Assembly: GCA_001179505.1 (NCBI GenBank)
Contig: CDMY01000366.1
Span: 398,244-462,243, forward strand
Direction: 5' to 3'
Length of the DNA: 64,000 bases
DNA from: Vitrella brassicaformis CCMP3155
Lineage: Eukaryota > Protista > Chromerida
Below are positions 12,802-23,356 of the stretch, piece after piece. How positions within the stretch are numbered: position 1 is the first letter of the stretch; each line of letters begins with the position of its first letter. Below the pieces are notes generated by a model that was not told where the DNA came from, searched no databases, and saw only the letters and a program-made list of their open reading frames with translations. The translations under genes were made by a program, and so were the position numbers.

Positions 12802-13796
12802 TCATGACGCTCCAACGCCACCCCCACCCCCACCATGCTCATGCCCATCCTCATCCTCATCCTCATCCGTATGATGCTGCACCTCCGTCGCTGCCATCTC
12901 TAAGGACCGATGCTGAGGTGAGGAGGAATCTCCTGAACCCGAGCGCGAACAGCACCTGCTCCAGCAGTCTCTCGTGAAGAAGGCATGGAGGGCCTGCCAG
13001 TACCACCATTGGAAGAAGAAGGCCCCCCAGACGGCTCCAAAAACGGTTGCGAGGGGCCATTGGTCTCCGAAGGGCCACGCCGAGAGGAGGGGTGTGCCTG
13101 ATGCCCACTCGACGAAGAGCGTCGCCGCGATCCCCACAAAGGACAATCCGACCACCACCGCGACACCTTCGCCGACAGCTTCACGACAAGCCCTCTGCAG
13201 CACATCATAAGCAACACATGTGGTGTCTGTGCTGAGGTAGTGTAGTCACAGCCCACCTCAGTACTTGTGTGGATATCATTTCGTCCTTCTCCACGGCGAT
13301 GCCCCAATCCGTCACGAGTTGTTGACGCAGTCTGTCGAGGTTGACTTCGTCCGGGATCCGTAGAGGGAAGCCGCCTTTGTAGAATCCCCGCACGTGCTCA
13401 CAATCCTCCTCGCGCCCAATGATGATGAGAGTCTGATTCTCAGCCGTTGCCTTGTCCCATGTGCAACCTTCACACACAAAGACAGCACGTCATACACATG
13501 CTGCATAAGGCAGGCAGGCAGGCAGGCGCTAGGCAGGCGTGTGTGTCTCTGTGTGCGCACCGACCTGCATCATCCTTGTCACCACAGTTGACTATGCGAT
13601 ACAGACGGCTTCCCTTCCACATCTCTTCGTTCCTCTTCCCTGTGGCGTTGTTCGGCCACTCTCGGTTGGCGTCCAAGAGGCGGCGCGGAAGGCCATGCGA
13701 TGCCTCCTCAGTAGGGCGGAGCTCGACGATCACAAGCTCTCCCTGCGCAGGCAAGTGCGGGGGGGGAGACGTGGCGGACGCGCTTTCTCCCACCAT
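12802..13796 (-). CDS. Hypothetical membrane protein with two C-terminal hydrophobic helices, multi-exon
   Basis: Three open segments (13470-13796, 13205-13477, 12802-13203) bounded by GT-AG. Hydrophobic stretches VAVVVGLSFVGIAATLFVEW and LATVFGAVWGAFFFQWWYWQAL. No family recognised. Confidence 0.6.
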
Positions 13797-14019
13797 CTGG
13801 AGCTCAGCTCCGCGCTGTAGGCATGTAGGAGGGTTTCATATACCCTGCAACCCTATGAACACTATGAAACCCGTCCAAGATCCGGAGGGTTTGCAACCCT
13901 ACAAACCCAAGTGGTTGGCCAGGATTTGCGAGCCTGAAGGTGACTTTTTTCATGAAACCTGCAGCTGCGCATATACACATCGACGCGGATTGGCTTGAAC
14001 TATTGCTGTTTCCTGAAGA

Positions 14020-15180
14020 ATGAAGCTTATTGTCCTACTGGTCATCCTTCCCTCGGCGTTGGTCGACGGCATCTCGCTGAACCGAGGCACACGAGGGCGC
14101 GGACGGACCGACGGCAACTACACGCCCTCGCCACTCTCATCTCCACTCTGTGCCCGTGATGACCAAGCCATCCATCGCACTCCCACGTGCAAGGCGGCCC
14201 TGCCTAGCGGATTCGAGCAGCTCAAGAGGAGTGTGCTCAGCCAGGCGTCATCTCTCTGCCAGTCGGGTGACGCTTCGTCCTGCAGCGATGAGGAGTGCAA
14301 GCTGACGCCCGGCATCATCGACTATCATCATCAGGGGGAGGATTGGTCGTGCGGACAGTGTGGCTGCCGAAATCGGCAGTCGCCCATCGACCTGCCCGTC
14401 ACTGCTCCCGTGTCGGCAACCACCTTCAAGTACGGCTTCCTTCCCGCCGGGAGCATGTGCATGGCCAACACGGGCTTCACCATCGAGCTGCGGCGCCAAA
14501 CCATCACCAGCGACGCCATCCCCAACTCCTTCGAGGGCGCGTGTCCAAGCGCGGCGCCGTCAGTGAGCGACACCGACCAGGCGGACATTGAGTATGATGG
14601 CGGAAGCTATGTCCTGGACAACATCCACTTTCATGCCCCAGCAGAACACACCTTCCAGGGCCAGCGGCACTCCCTCGAGATGCACGTCGTCACGAAATTC
14701 ATCCCGGCGACAGAGGCGGATGCAAACAAGACGCACTTTCTGGTGTTGGGCTTTACCTTTGTGGAGGGGCAGTCGAGTGCATTCCTGGAAGAGATCCTGT
14801 CGCGTGGGGTGCCCGCCGTGTCCAACCGGGTGACCCTCATCCCTTCACAGCCGCGCTTTGACGTCAACGAGCTCATCCGTGAGGCTGCCGAGTTCATCTA
14901 CTATCCGGGCAGCCTCACCGTCCCGCCGTGCTCCGAGAACGTCGAGTGGTTTGTGAATCGCCGGCCGCTGGAGGCGTCCCCCGCCCAGCTGGCGGTGTTT
15001 CTGGCCGAGTTCACCAGCAACGAGTGCTGCGAGAACTCCAAGGGCAACTACCGTGTGACGCAGAACCACAAGAACCAGCAGCTGCACCACATGGCCATCG
15101 TCAAGGGCGTCCCACTGGCCAAGAAGCGGCCCTTCAGCCTGGGCAAGAAGAAGAGCAGCATGCGGGCCGCGGTGGCGTAA
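14020..15180 (+). CDS. Alpha-class carbonic anhydrase with signal peptide, single exon
   Basis: QSPIDLP; Zn ligands in NIHFHAPAEH...LEMHVV; YYPGSLTVPPCSENVEW; NYRVTQ. Hydrophobic N-terminus MKLIVLLVILPSALVDG. Confidence 0.95.
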   Translation: MKLIVLLVILPSALVDGISLNRGTRGRGRTDGNYTPSPLSSPLCARDDQAIHRTPTCKAALPSGFEQLKRSVLSQASSLCQSGDASSCSDEECKLTPGIIDYHHQGEDWSCGQCGCRNRQSPIDLPVTAPVSATTFKYGFLPAGSMCMANTGFTIELRRQTITSDAIPNSFEGACPSAAPSVSDTDQADIEYDGGSYVLDNIHFHAPAEHTFQGQRHSLEMHVVTKFIPATEADANKTHFLVLGFTFVEGQSSAFLEEILSRGVPAVSNRVTLIPSQPRFDVNELIREAAEFIYYPGSLTVPPCSENVEWFVNRRPLEASPAQLAVFLAEFTSNECCENSKGNYRVTQNHKNQQLHHMAIVKGVPLAKKRPFSLGKKKSSMRAAVA

Positions 15181-15669
15181 GTAGATACGAGCGGCCGGGG
15201 GTGACCTGACATGTCGATACGGTAGATGAGGTAGATGAGATGGAGGAACATTGCATCATCCGATGGTGCAGTTTCTTCGGTCGGTAGATAGCTGGTTTGC
15301 TGGCTGCTGTTAGGATGGTTTTTCTCGTCTGTTTGTCATCCAGTAGGGATGTCAATTCACTGAGTGGTCGCTGTGCAGATGCCTACTTGAATGCGTGTAC
15401 GCGTTTGGCTGTGCCTGCCTGCCTGCCTGCCTGTGTGTGTGTGTGTGTATGATTGGCTGGCTGCGTCACGATAGCTGCTGCTGCATATTTGTACAGACCG
15501 TCTGTGTTTGTCGTCCGTGGCCGTCACGCGACCATTTCGAGGACACGAACGTTCAATGGTCCACGACCATCCATGAGCCAAATACACGCTGCATCATTAT
15601 CTTATGCACCAAGACACACGCACACTGCTCATCTCATACGCACCCACCCACGCACAACCGGTACACACG

Positions 15670-18600
15670 TCAGTAGTGTTTGGTGAGCAGGTTCTTCCTG
15701 AGCTCCCCCATCTTAGATCTCAGCTTGTGTCTCTTCTCCCGATCCTCCCTCTTGCTGGGCTGCCGCTTCCGCTTCTGCTCCAGCCGCTTCTTCAGCGCAT
15801 CTGCACGAGCCTTGTGGAAACCCAATGGCCTTCAACCAACACACCACAGCACAGTAACCACAGCAGACGGTGAATGCATGTCGTGTGCTCGCTTCGAGGG
15901 TGGATTGTGTTGTGTTCGCTCACTTTGGTGGTGTGTATCCGCTCCGCCTGGCGCGGTCGACGAGTTTCTTGGGGCGTGAGAGGTCCCTCTCGGCCTTGCG
16001 GATGCCAAAGCCGCCTGATGTGTACAATGACGGATGAGAGAGAAACAAGGGCGGCGTCTCCTTTGTGTCACCCACTGACTGACCAGCTTGGCTGAGTTGT
16101 TCGAGCCTCCCCCCCTTCTCGTAGTCCTTCCTAGAGGATGACAGGTCGGACAAGGGCCGCCCCAGACGGATCGCCCTGCACACAGCCAACGAACAAACGA
16201 CACGAACCGCACACAATCGGTCCACGCCTTCACTTGCGGCACATACGGATGGGCGTACCTCTGCACACCCGTGGCGAGCACTCGGTCTCGCCTCTGCAGC
16301 AGGCAGAGGACCGAGCCCTTGCTGCCAGCGCGGCCTGTGCGACCGGCCCGATGAATGAAGTCGATGGGGTTGAGTGGGAAGTCAAACATGACCACCTGGT
16401 CCACCTGCGCGATGTCCAGACCCCTACACACACACAACACCACAATGCGAGACGAGACGGGACGGCACATCGCAAGCAAAGCACACGTGTGTGTTCCGTC
16501 TGCTCACTCACCTGGCGGCAAGGTCGGTGCACACGAGGTAGGGCACCTGGCCGTGTCGGAAGGCCTCGAGGTTGGCCTTTCGCTGCTCCTGCGGCACCTC
16601 ACCGTGATATGCCTGGATGGATGGATGGATGGAACACACACACACACACACACATATGGCCTCCCTGCTCTGCTGATGCGGTGCCTCCATTGTCTTTGTG
16701 TTCGCACCAGTGAGGTGAATCCCGCCTCCTGAATGGCATGCTGGCATGCCCTGCAGCTGTTGACGGTGTTGCAGAACACCAGCGTGCTCTTACGGTACAC
16801 CTCACCAGCCCCTCTCTGACCATCACCTCCCTCTGCAGGCCGCTGCGGCCCCCTCACCTTCAGCAGCTCTCGCAAGGCGTCAAGCTTGTCCTCTCCCTGT
16901 ATCCACAACAGCCATACAGAGATTGGGATGGCATCATGGATGGTCTCTCAATGAGTGTGTCTTTTCCTCACCTTAGTGTCGATCATTTCGTATCGCACAT
17001 TTGGGAGCGACTTGTGCAGCCCCGGCGCCTCGACGTAGCGCACGGCCGGGAGATCCTCTTGGTCCAGCAGCCGCCTGACGGCCTTGGTCAGGGTGGCAGT
17101 GGCAAACACCAGCTGGGGCTGCTCGGTGTCGGGTCTGGTGATGAGCGGCTGTAGGAGTTTGTTGATGTCGGGGCCGAAGCCCTGCATGAGCATCGTGTCG
17201 ACCTCATCTATCACCACGTAAGACACCTGCAGACACAGATATGGAACTACGATCATGTGACGGTTCGTTCGAGGTCCCTGGTACCTCGCTGAGCGCTAGG
17301 TTGCTCTTGTCCCAGTGGAACAGGACGCGCCCGGGTGTGCCGACGACCACATCGAGGATCTTGGACAGGTCGCGCTTCTGCTTAGCGAAACTATCGCCAC
17401 CGATGACCGAACACGACGACAACTGGCACCCACAGCGCACACACATGGAGTGAAAAGAAAGGTGCCTTGTTGCGTTGTCACCTTGGCCAGCTGGCTGCTG
17501 CCTCTCAGGACCTCCAGTACTTGTTGGCTCAGCTCGCGTGTGGGGGAGAGAATCAGAGCACGGGGCCGCTTCGGCCGCCGCAATGACCGGCCGTCCAGCT
17601 CCTGAGCGAACACGCAAGTGACCCACCAATCGTCCTCATGTGCTAATTGTCTCCATCTCTCCCTGCGTACCTCTGATTTCAGGTGTTGCATCATGGGCAG
17701 CAGGTACGCGAGCGTTTTGCCGGATCCCGTCTCGGCCGCGAACACGATGTTGCCGCCCGACAGCACCTGTGGGATGGCCAGCCGCTGGATGGCCGTGGGC
17801 TCCACATCGCCCAGCATGCTAGCCGTGCCACGAGCTATCGACTCCTCCAGACCCAGCCGGCGCCACTTGAGCATGTGCTCACCCTCGACCTGGACCTGAT
17901 GTGCGCTTGTTGGCTTGACAGCTGTGACGACGGGCTTGGTCTGCGGTGTGTCGGGCGGGTTGTCTTTCGGTGTGGGCTCGGACTCGTCTGGTTTCCCTTC
18001 CGACGTCCACTGTTCCCATTGGCCGTCAGAGCCGCTGGACGTCCACTGCTCAGCCTCTTCGTGCTGTTCTGCGGCTTCCTTCTCTCCTTTGATGTCTTCT
18101 TCCTCCTCGTCCATGAAGCCCTCCTCTAGGACCGTCATGAGCATGGTGCCCAGGTCGACTGACGGCAGCTGAGAGAGCCGCAGCCTCATCCCATCGGCAT
18201 CACCGCCCGTCTCGGATATGAGCTGCTGCAGCTCCGGTATGCCGAAATCATCAAGTTCACCATAACCATCCTCCTTAGCACCGGTCGATTCGAGGATGAG
18301 TTCGATGGCCTCTGATCTCGTCACGCCCATGCCGCTGAGGACCGAGTCATCATCGGCAGCTTTCTCATCCGCCGACGGTTCGCCAGACAGGCCTGTTTGC
18401 TGGTCATCCAGCCGGATGCCGACCTCAGGCACCTTCTGTGCGTCGTCTGGTGCATGCACAGCGATGGGCGCGTCACTCGTAAGGCTGTGAGGGAGAGCAA
18501 CAACGTCACTACCGGAAGGCTCGTCGTCCGAGTTGGTCGCCAGGGACGCCGCCGCCTCTTGCTCCTTGGTTTCATCTTCGGTTTGCGCGAAAAGCTGAGT

Positions 18601-20688
18601 GAATGTCGTCGTGACTTGCTCGTCCGTCATCTGTGGTAGGTCGGCCGCCAGCTGGTCCAGTGCTGCCGTGTCCCCGCCACGCTCTTCCTCTGACACCCGC
18701 GCCGCCTGCATGATTGCCTTCTCCATCTCACCCCGAGACACGTTGACCACACTCGCCCCTCCCGTCCAGCCGAAAGCAGCCAGCGAAGCGTCCGCAATCC
18801 GTCGCAGCGCAGTGACGTCGAGACTCCGCCACTCCTCCTCGGTCTGCGGGGCGTCAGTCGGCAGCATGTCGTTGTCCTTCAAGTCCCCCATGAGCTCAAG
18901 GAGGTCGTGACGAGACATCCCCGCCAGCACTTGAGGTGCAGCACGCTCCACCTCGACAGTGTCTGACACCTCCAGCAGCGGCTCAAGGGGGCCACCGGCC
19001 TCGGCAATAGCGGCCGACCTCTCAGCTCGCTCCTGCGAGGCGCGATACATGTTGCCCCAGAGCGCCCGCACCTCCTCGTCAGTCATGAGGGGCACGTCGT
19101 CTCGTGTGACGCCTTCTTGCGTGAGGAGGAGGTCGGCGTTGCCTTCGTCCAGGACGATGCTCTCCAGCACGTTGCGGTCAAGTCGTGAGGCCCTGGCGGG
19201 GTCAGCCGCATCCTCCAGCCGACACAGGGCCTTCGCGCAAAGCAACCTGCACACACACAGCCACAGTTGTGTCCTTCCTGTTGCGTATAGTTGATCACCG
19301 ACCTGATGCGCTCTGTTGAGATGGTGTCGTAGTGTTCCATCCCAGCCGCTTGCTCGGGCAGCGCCGCCGCCACGATGGGCAGAATGTCCAGCAGATCATC
19401 GCGGGACATGGCCTCAAGGTCGCTGAACTTTTCTCTCACCCCCTCACTCGCCTCCTCCTCCAACTCCGCCCTGAGAGCCGCCTCCCGCTCTGCACGCCGC
19501 CACTCTTTGGCGACGCGCCGCCTCTCCTTATCTTCCTCCTGCAGGCGGCGCTCCTCGGCAGCAAACTCTGAAAGGTCCCACCCGGTCGACCCCACGGTCG
19601 CCGCGAAGATGCGGAGCAGCTCCACGTCGGATGCCGCCGTGAGGTACTTCCGTGTCCTCCGCTTGGGCGGGGCGAACATCTTGTTCTTGCGGATGAGGTC
19701 AACCATCTCGTCGCGAGTCAGGCCGAGAGCAACGGTTGCTGAGCCGCCTCTGTCGGCTGGTGGTGTGTGGTCAGCCGTCGGCTGAGTATCAGGTAGATCG
19801 TTGACCACAGGAACTGTGCTGTCTGGGGTCGTTGAGGGCGACAGCTCGTGAAGAGTGTCTCTGAGACCTCGTTGCAGCCTCGGATCTGGGAACAAGGGGA
19901 CCAGGCATCAAGATGCGTCGAGGCTTCCTGTCTGTGTCGGTCTCCCCACCTGGTAGCACAGCGATCATTGCCGTGAACAGATCCACAGCATCGACGTGCT
20001 CGCGCCACTGCTCACTCCTCCTTGCATCCCCGAAGAGCCCCAGCACCTTCGACAGGTACTCCCTGCTGCCCATCCGGCCGTCACGCCAGTCCACCGACAG
20101 CGACTTGAAGTCGCCAAACGCCACATCGCCCACATAGGCCTTGAGGCGCTTGGCAAACACCCTGTTTTGGGTCACACGCTGATCTGCGTTAAAGGTGCGA
20201 GTCGCCTTGAGCACACCATCAATCTGCACACAACGAAGGCCGGCAAAGACAACCACAGTGGGAGCAGCAACACGTGTCAGTGAGCCAGCATGTGCGTGGC
20301 TGACCTCTGCCTGTGCACCCCTCAGCAGTTGCAGCTCCTCGATGTCCCACAGGTGCTGATCGGCAGGAGGTGACAAATCCGTCTCAGCAGCAGGTGGTGA
20401 TTCCAGTGATGGCTCCATGATGTTTGGCGCTGCCGAAGCAGGCTGCAGCACCAAACCTGCCACGGTGCACACACATCAGCAGCACATTGGAGGAGTCAAA
20501 TGAGCTGCCTGTGCAAGAAAGCATCCATCTGTGATTCGTTCACCTGACGAGCGGCGTGGGAGTCGCTGTCTGCGGGGAGGTATGTGTGGCACCACTGCAT
20601 TCGGCAGATGGATGAAGCCAGCACCACACACCGCTGATGGGATGCCGGACGCCGCCGCACCACCGACCAAAGCGTTGATCAACTTCAT
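15670..20688 (-). CDS. DEAD-box (DEVD) RNA helicase with signal/transit-like N-terminus and long acidic extension; resembles plastid RH39/RH50-type helicases
   Basis: Motifs: Q (PTAIQ), I (AAETGSGKT), Ia (SPTRELSQQ), Ib (GTPGRV), II (DEVD), III (ATAT), IV (LVFCNT), V (TDLAARGLD), VI ([10 protein letters not shown]). Start [29 protein letters not shown]; basic tail ending LTKHY*. Confidence 0.93.
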
Positions 20689-20927
20689 CTTCTATTGAGT
20701 AGCTGGCTGGCCACATGTCCACTGATCCGCGAGAATGGCTTCATTCAGCAAGGTCTGTTTCTCAATTGGGAAGCTCGCCTTGCAGCTGCGAGCTCGCGTC
20801 TTGTGAGCTGGAACGCAAAGAGTGGGAAGGCTCCCTTGACCTGCATCTGACCTCTGCATGCCGAGATCTTCGGAGTTTCTCCAACAGTTGCCGGCGCGAT
20901 GAATGAATGAGCTTTGGTGTGCTTTCG
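20689..20927. promoter_or_regulatory. Putative bidirectional promoter with palindromic GCGAGCTCGC (20788-20797) and flanking near-copies
   Basis: 240 bp between divergent ATGs; AGCTCGCC at 20772, TGCGAGCT at 20787, TGTGAGCT at 20802. Confidence 0.6.
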
Positions 20928-22364
20928 ATGAGGCAGATCCTGTTCTCCGTCGCTGTATCCCTGCTCTATGGTGCTGCTGAGGCGCATTCACTCATCGCTT
21001 CCATGCGGCGGCGATGTCAGCCATCCCCATTTCAATCAACAGCCGACGCCGCCTTTATCCCCCCTTCCATCTACCATCCACAATCTCTGTCCCTCTCACC
21101 GGCTCGGCCAGCCACCAGGGCGTCCTCTGCTGCCAGCAAGCAGACGGCAGAAAGGGCCACCCGGAGGAAAGGCAAGGCCAAGAAGGTCAAGCAGCCGCTG
21201 CCGCCGAGGAGCCTGCGGGTGCGGACGCGGGTGAGCCAGTCGGGTGAGGAGCTCAAGAAGTACGAGACGTCGATAGAGAAGAAGGTGGAGCTGCAGAAGG
21301 GGCCTGACTGGGTGCACCCGTCGCTGCGGTGGCTCAGCCGGGCGACACTCGACCGGCTGTGGCGGCGCGTGTCCAACAAGGAGGTCCTGCTGACGACGGG
21401 CAAGTGGGGCGTGGAGGCGACGCACGTCAACTCGCTGCGTGACCTGGTGAGGAGCCACGGCATTGTCAAGGTCAAGGACAATGACGTCAAGCAGCTCAAC
21501 AGCACCAGGACGGCCATCCAGCTGCAGAAGTGGGACGAGGGCGTCCCCATCGACAGCGGGGCGGAGATCGTGCAGGTTAATTTGAGCGCCATGACAGCTA
21601 CGGTCTTCCCGACAGTTGCTCACTGCCGTGTGTCATCCATCCTGTGCAGGTGAAGGGCAAGTTCATACAATTTGCCCTACCTGAGAATCTCACCGACCTT
21701 GCGGGCGACAGCGATCTCATATCGGCCGTGGCGCAAGGAGGCGCCTTCGCCGACCTCATCGAGGACCTCACAAATGAGGGCGTCTTCCAGACACTCATCG
21801 ACCGGCTGGAAGACGACGGCCGCTTCCAGCGTGAGATCGACGAGTGGGAGGAAAGGATGGCCCGGGAGGAGAGTGACAAGGCGAGGGGCGTCAAGCGGCC
21901 CAAGGGCGTCAAGCCGGCGGGTGAGAGGCCCGACGCAGAGCTGCTTGCGGGCAAGGTGGGCGTGGAGGGGTGGTATGACGACCTCGTCAAGGACCTCAAC
22001 AGAAGGCGGGTATTCGAAGAACTCGCTGACGAGCTCACAGGTAGAGTAGATGGATGGATAGATCACTGGACCCACCGGCAGACCGATAGATACATGTCAT
22101 GGGCGAGGGCATGCATTCTTCTCTGTGTGTTTGTGTGTGTGTGTCTGGTCGGCGAGACAGCGAATGGGGTGTTGTCTCGTTGGGCGGACGACCAGGTCGC
22201 CACCAGGGGCATCGAAGCGACGGTGGCGAGCAACCTCGCCCTCAGGTAAATATCTGCATGGCTGGCTGTATTCGTTCAGCCATCGATCTGATGCATGTCC
22301 TATCTGTGTCTGCAGGAGGAAGGAGAGCGAGAGCGACAACGATGATGAGGATTATGATTACTAA
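20928..22364 (+). CDS. CRM (CRS1/YhbY) domain RNA-binding protein with signal peptide and transit-like region
   Basis: LLTTGKWGVEATHVNSLRDLVRSHGIVKVK...AEIVQ|VKGKFIQF matches the YhbY/CRM pattern (GxxG, H-x-xVKVK, IVQ-x-x-G). N-terminus MRQILFSVAVSLLYGAAEA is followed by S/A/R-rich sequence containing AAFIPP. Confidence 0.8.
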
Positions 22365-23356
22365 GCTACTAGTGTGATAGCTACCTCCTGTGACCTCAGA
22401 AATCAGCCATTCGTTGATCCAGGGGGCGAGCGGGGCGGGGGCGTGATTAAGACGGTGACACGGGGGTCGATTTATCGGTTGCGTGTGTGCGTACGCAGTT
22501 GTGCGTAAGTGCGAGGGTATAATTTGTGTAAGAGGGCAGGGAGGGGGGCGCTATCTGTCCATCGACTGATTGGTTGATTGATTGATTGAACTGCAGCCAT
22601 GAATGCATGTCCTGCAGGCAGTACCATGATCCGACTCAAGCCAACACTCAGACTAGGGCAAGAACATGCAACACGCCACGCATCAGCCGAATTATGTGGC
22701 CGCCAAGCACGCCGCGGACACAGCGCGGCGGCGAAAACGCGAAAAAGACGGCCCGAAAGAAAGGAACCGCTGAGACTCAGCAACGCTCGCTGTCTTGTCT
22801 ATTCTTCCCATCCATGAGTGTGATCAGATCACACTCAGACCACCCTCATGGATGGTAAGTACGTCTGCATCTTCTGTATGCCTCTCTACCAGTCATCCCT
22901 CATGCTGCTTTAAAAATCCCCACCCCCTCTCTCTACGGCACCGATCTGCTCGTCTCATGCACACCGGTTCTGTGCTACGACATCGTGTGTATGTGTGTGT
23001 GGATTCGTGTGTGTGTCTCTGTGTGTGTGTGTGTGTGCGGTTGGTGCAGTGTCGTGCCTACCACCGTCCTCCTCCTGTTGATGACAAGAAGCCACCAGGT
23101 GTCGTAGTGGACGAGATGCGGACACAAGGCAGGCACACATGGAACCACATGCATGCACTGGCAGGCGCCACAGCTCCAAGCCCCTCGCTCACCTACACCC
23201 ACACACACACGACTGGCACTGACATGAATGCAGGCAGGATCTTTCCTTGTGGGTGTGTGTGTCCGTTGTGCCGTCGGTTGACCTGACCTGTGTGTGTGGA
23301 GGTGACGGCCTCGGCACCGACCACTGGACACTCCCGCAATGGACGGACGAATGCGG

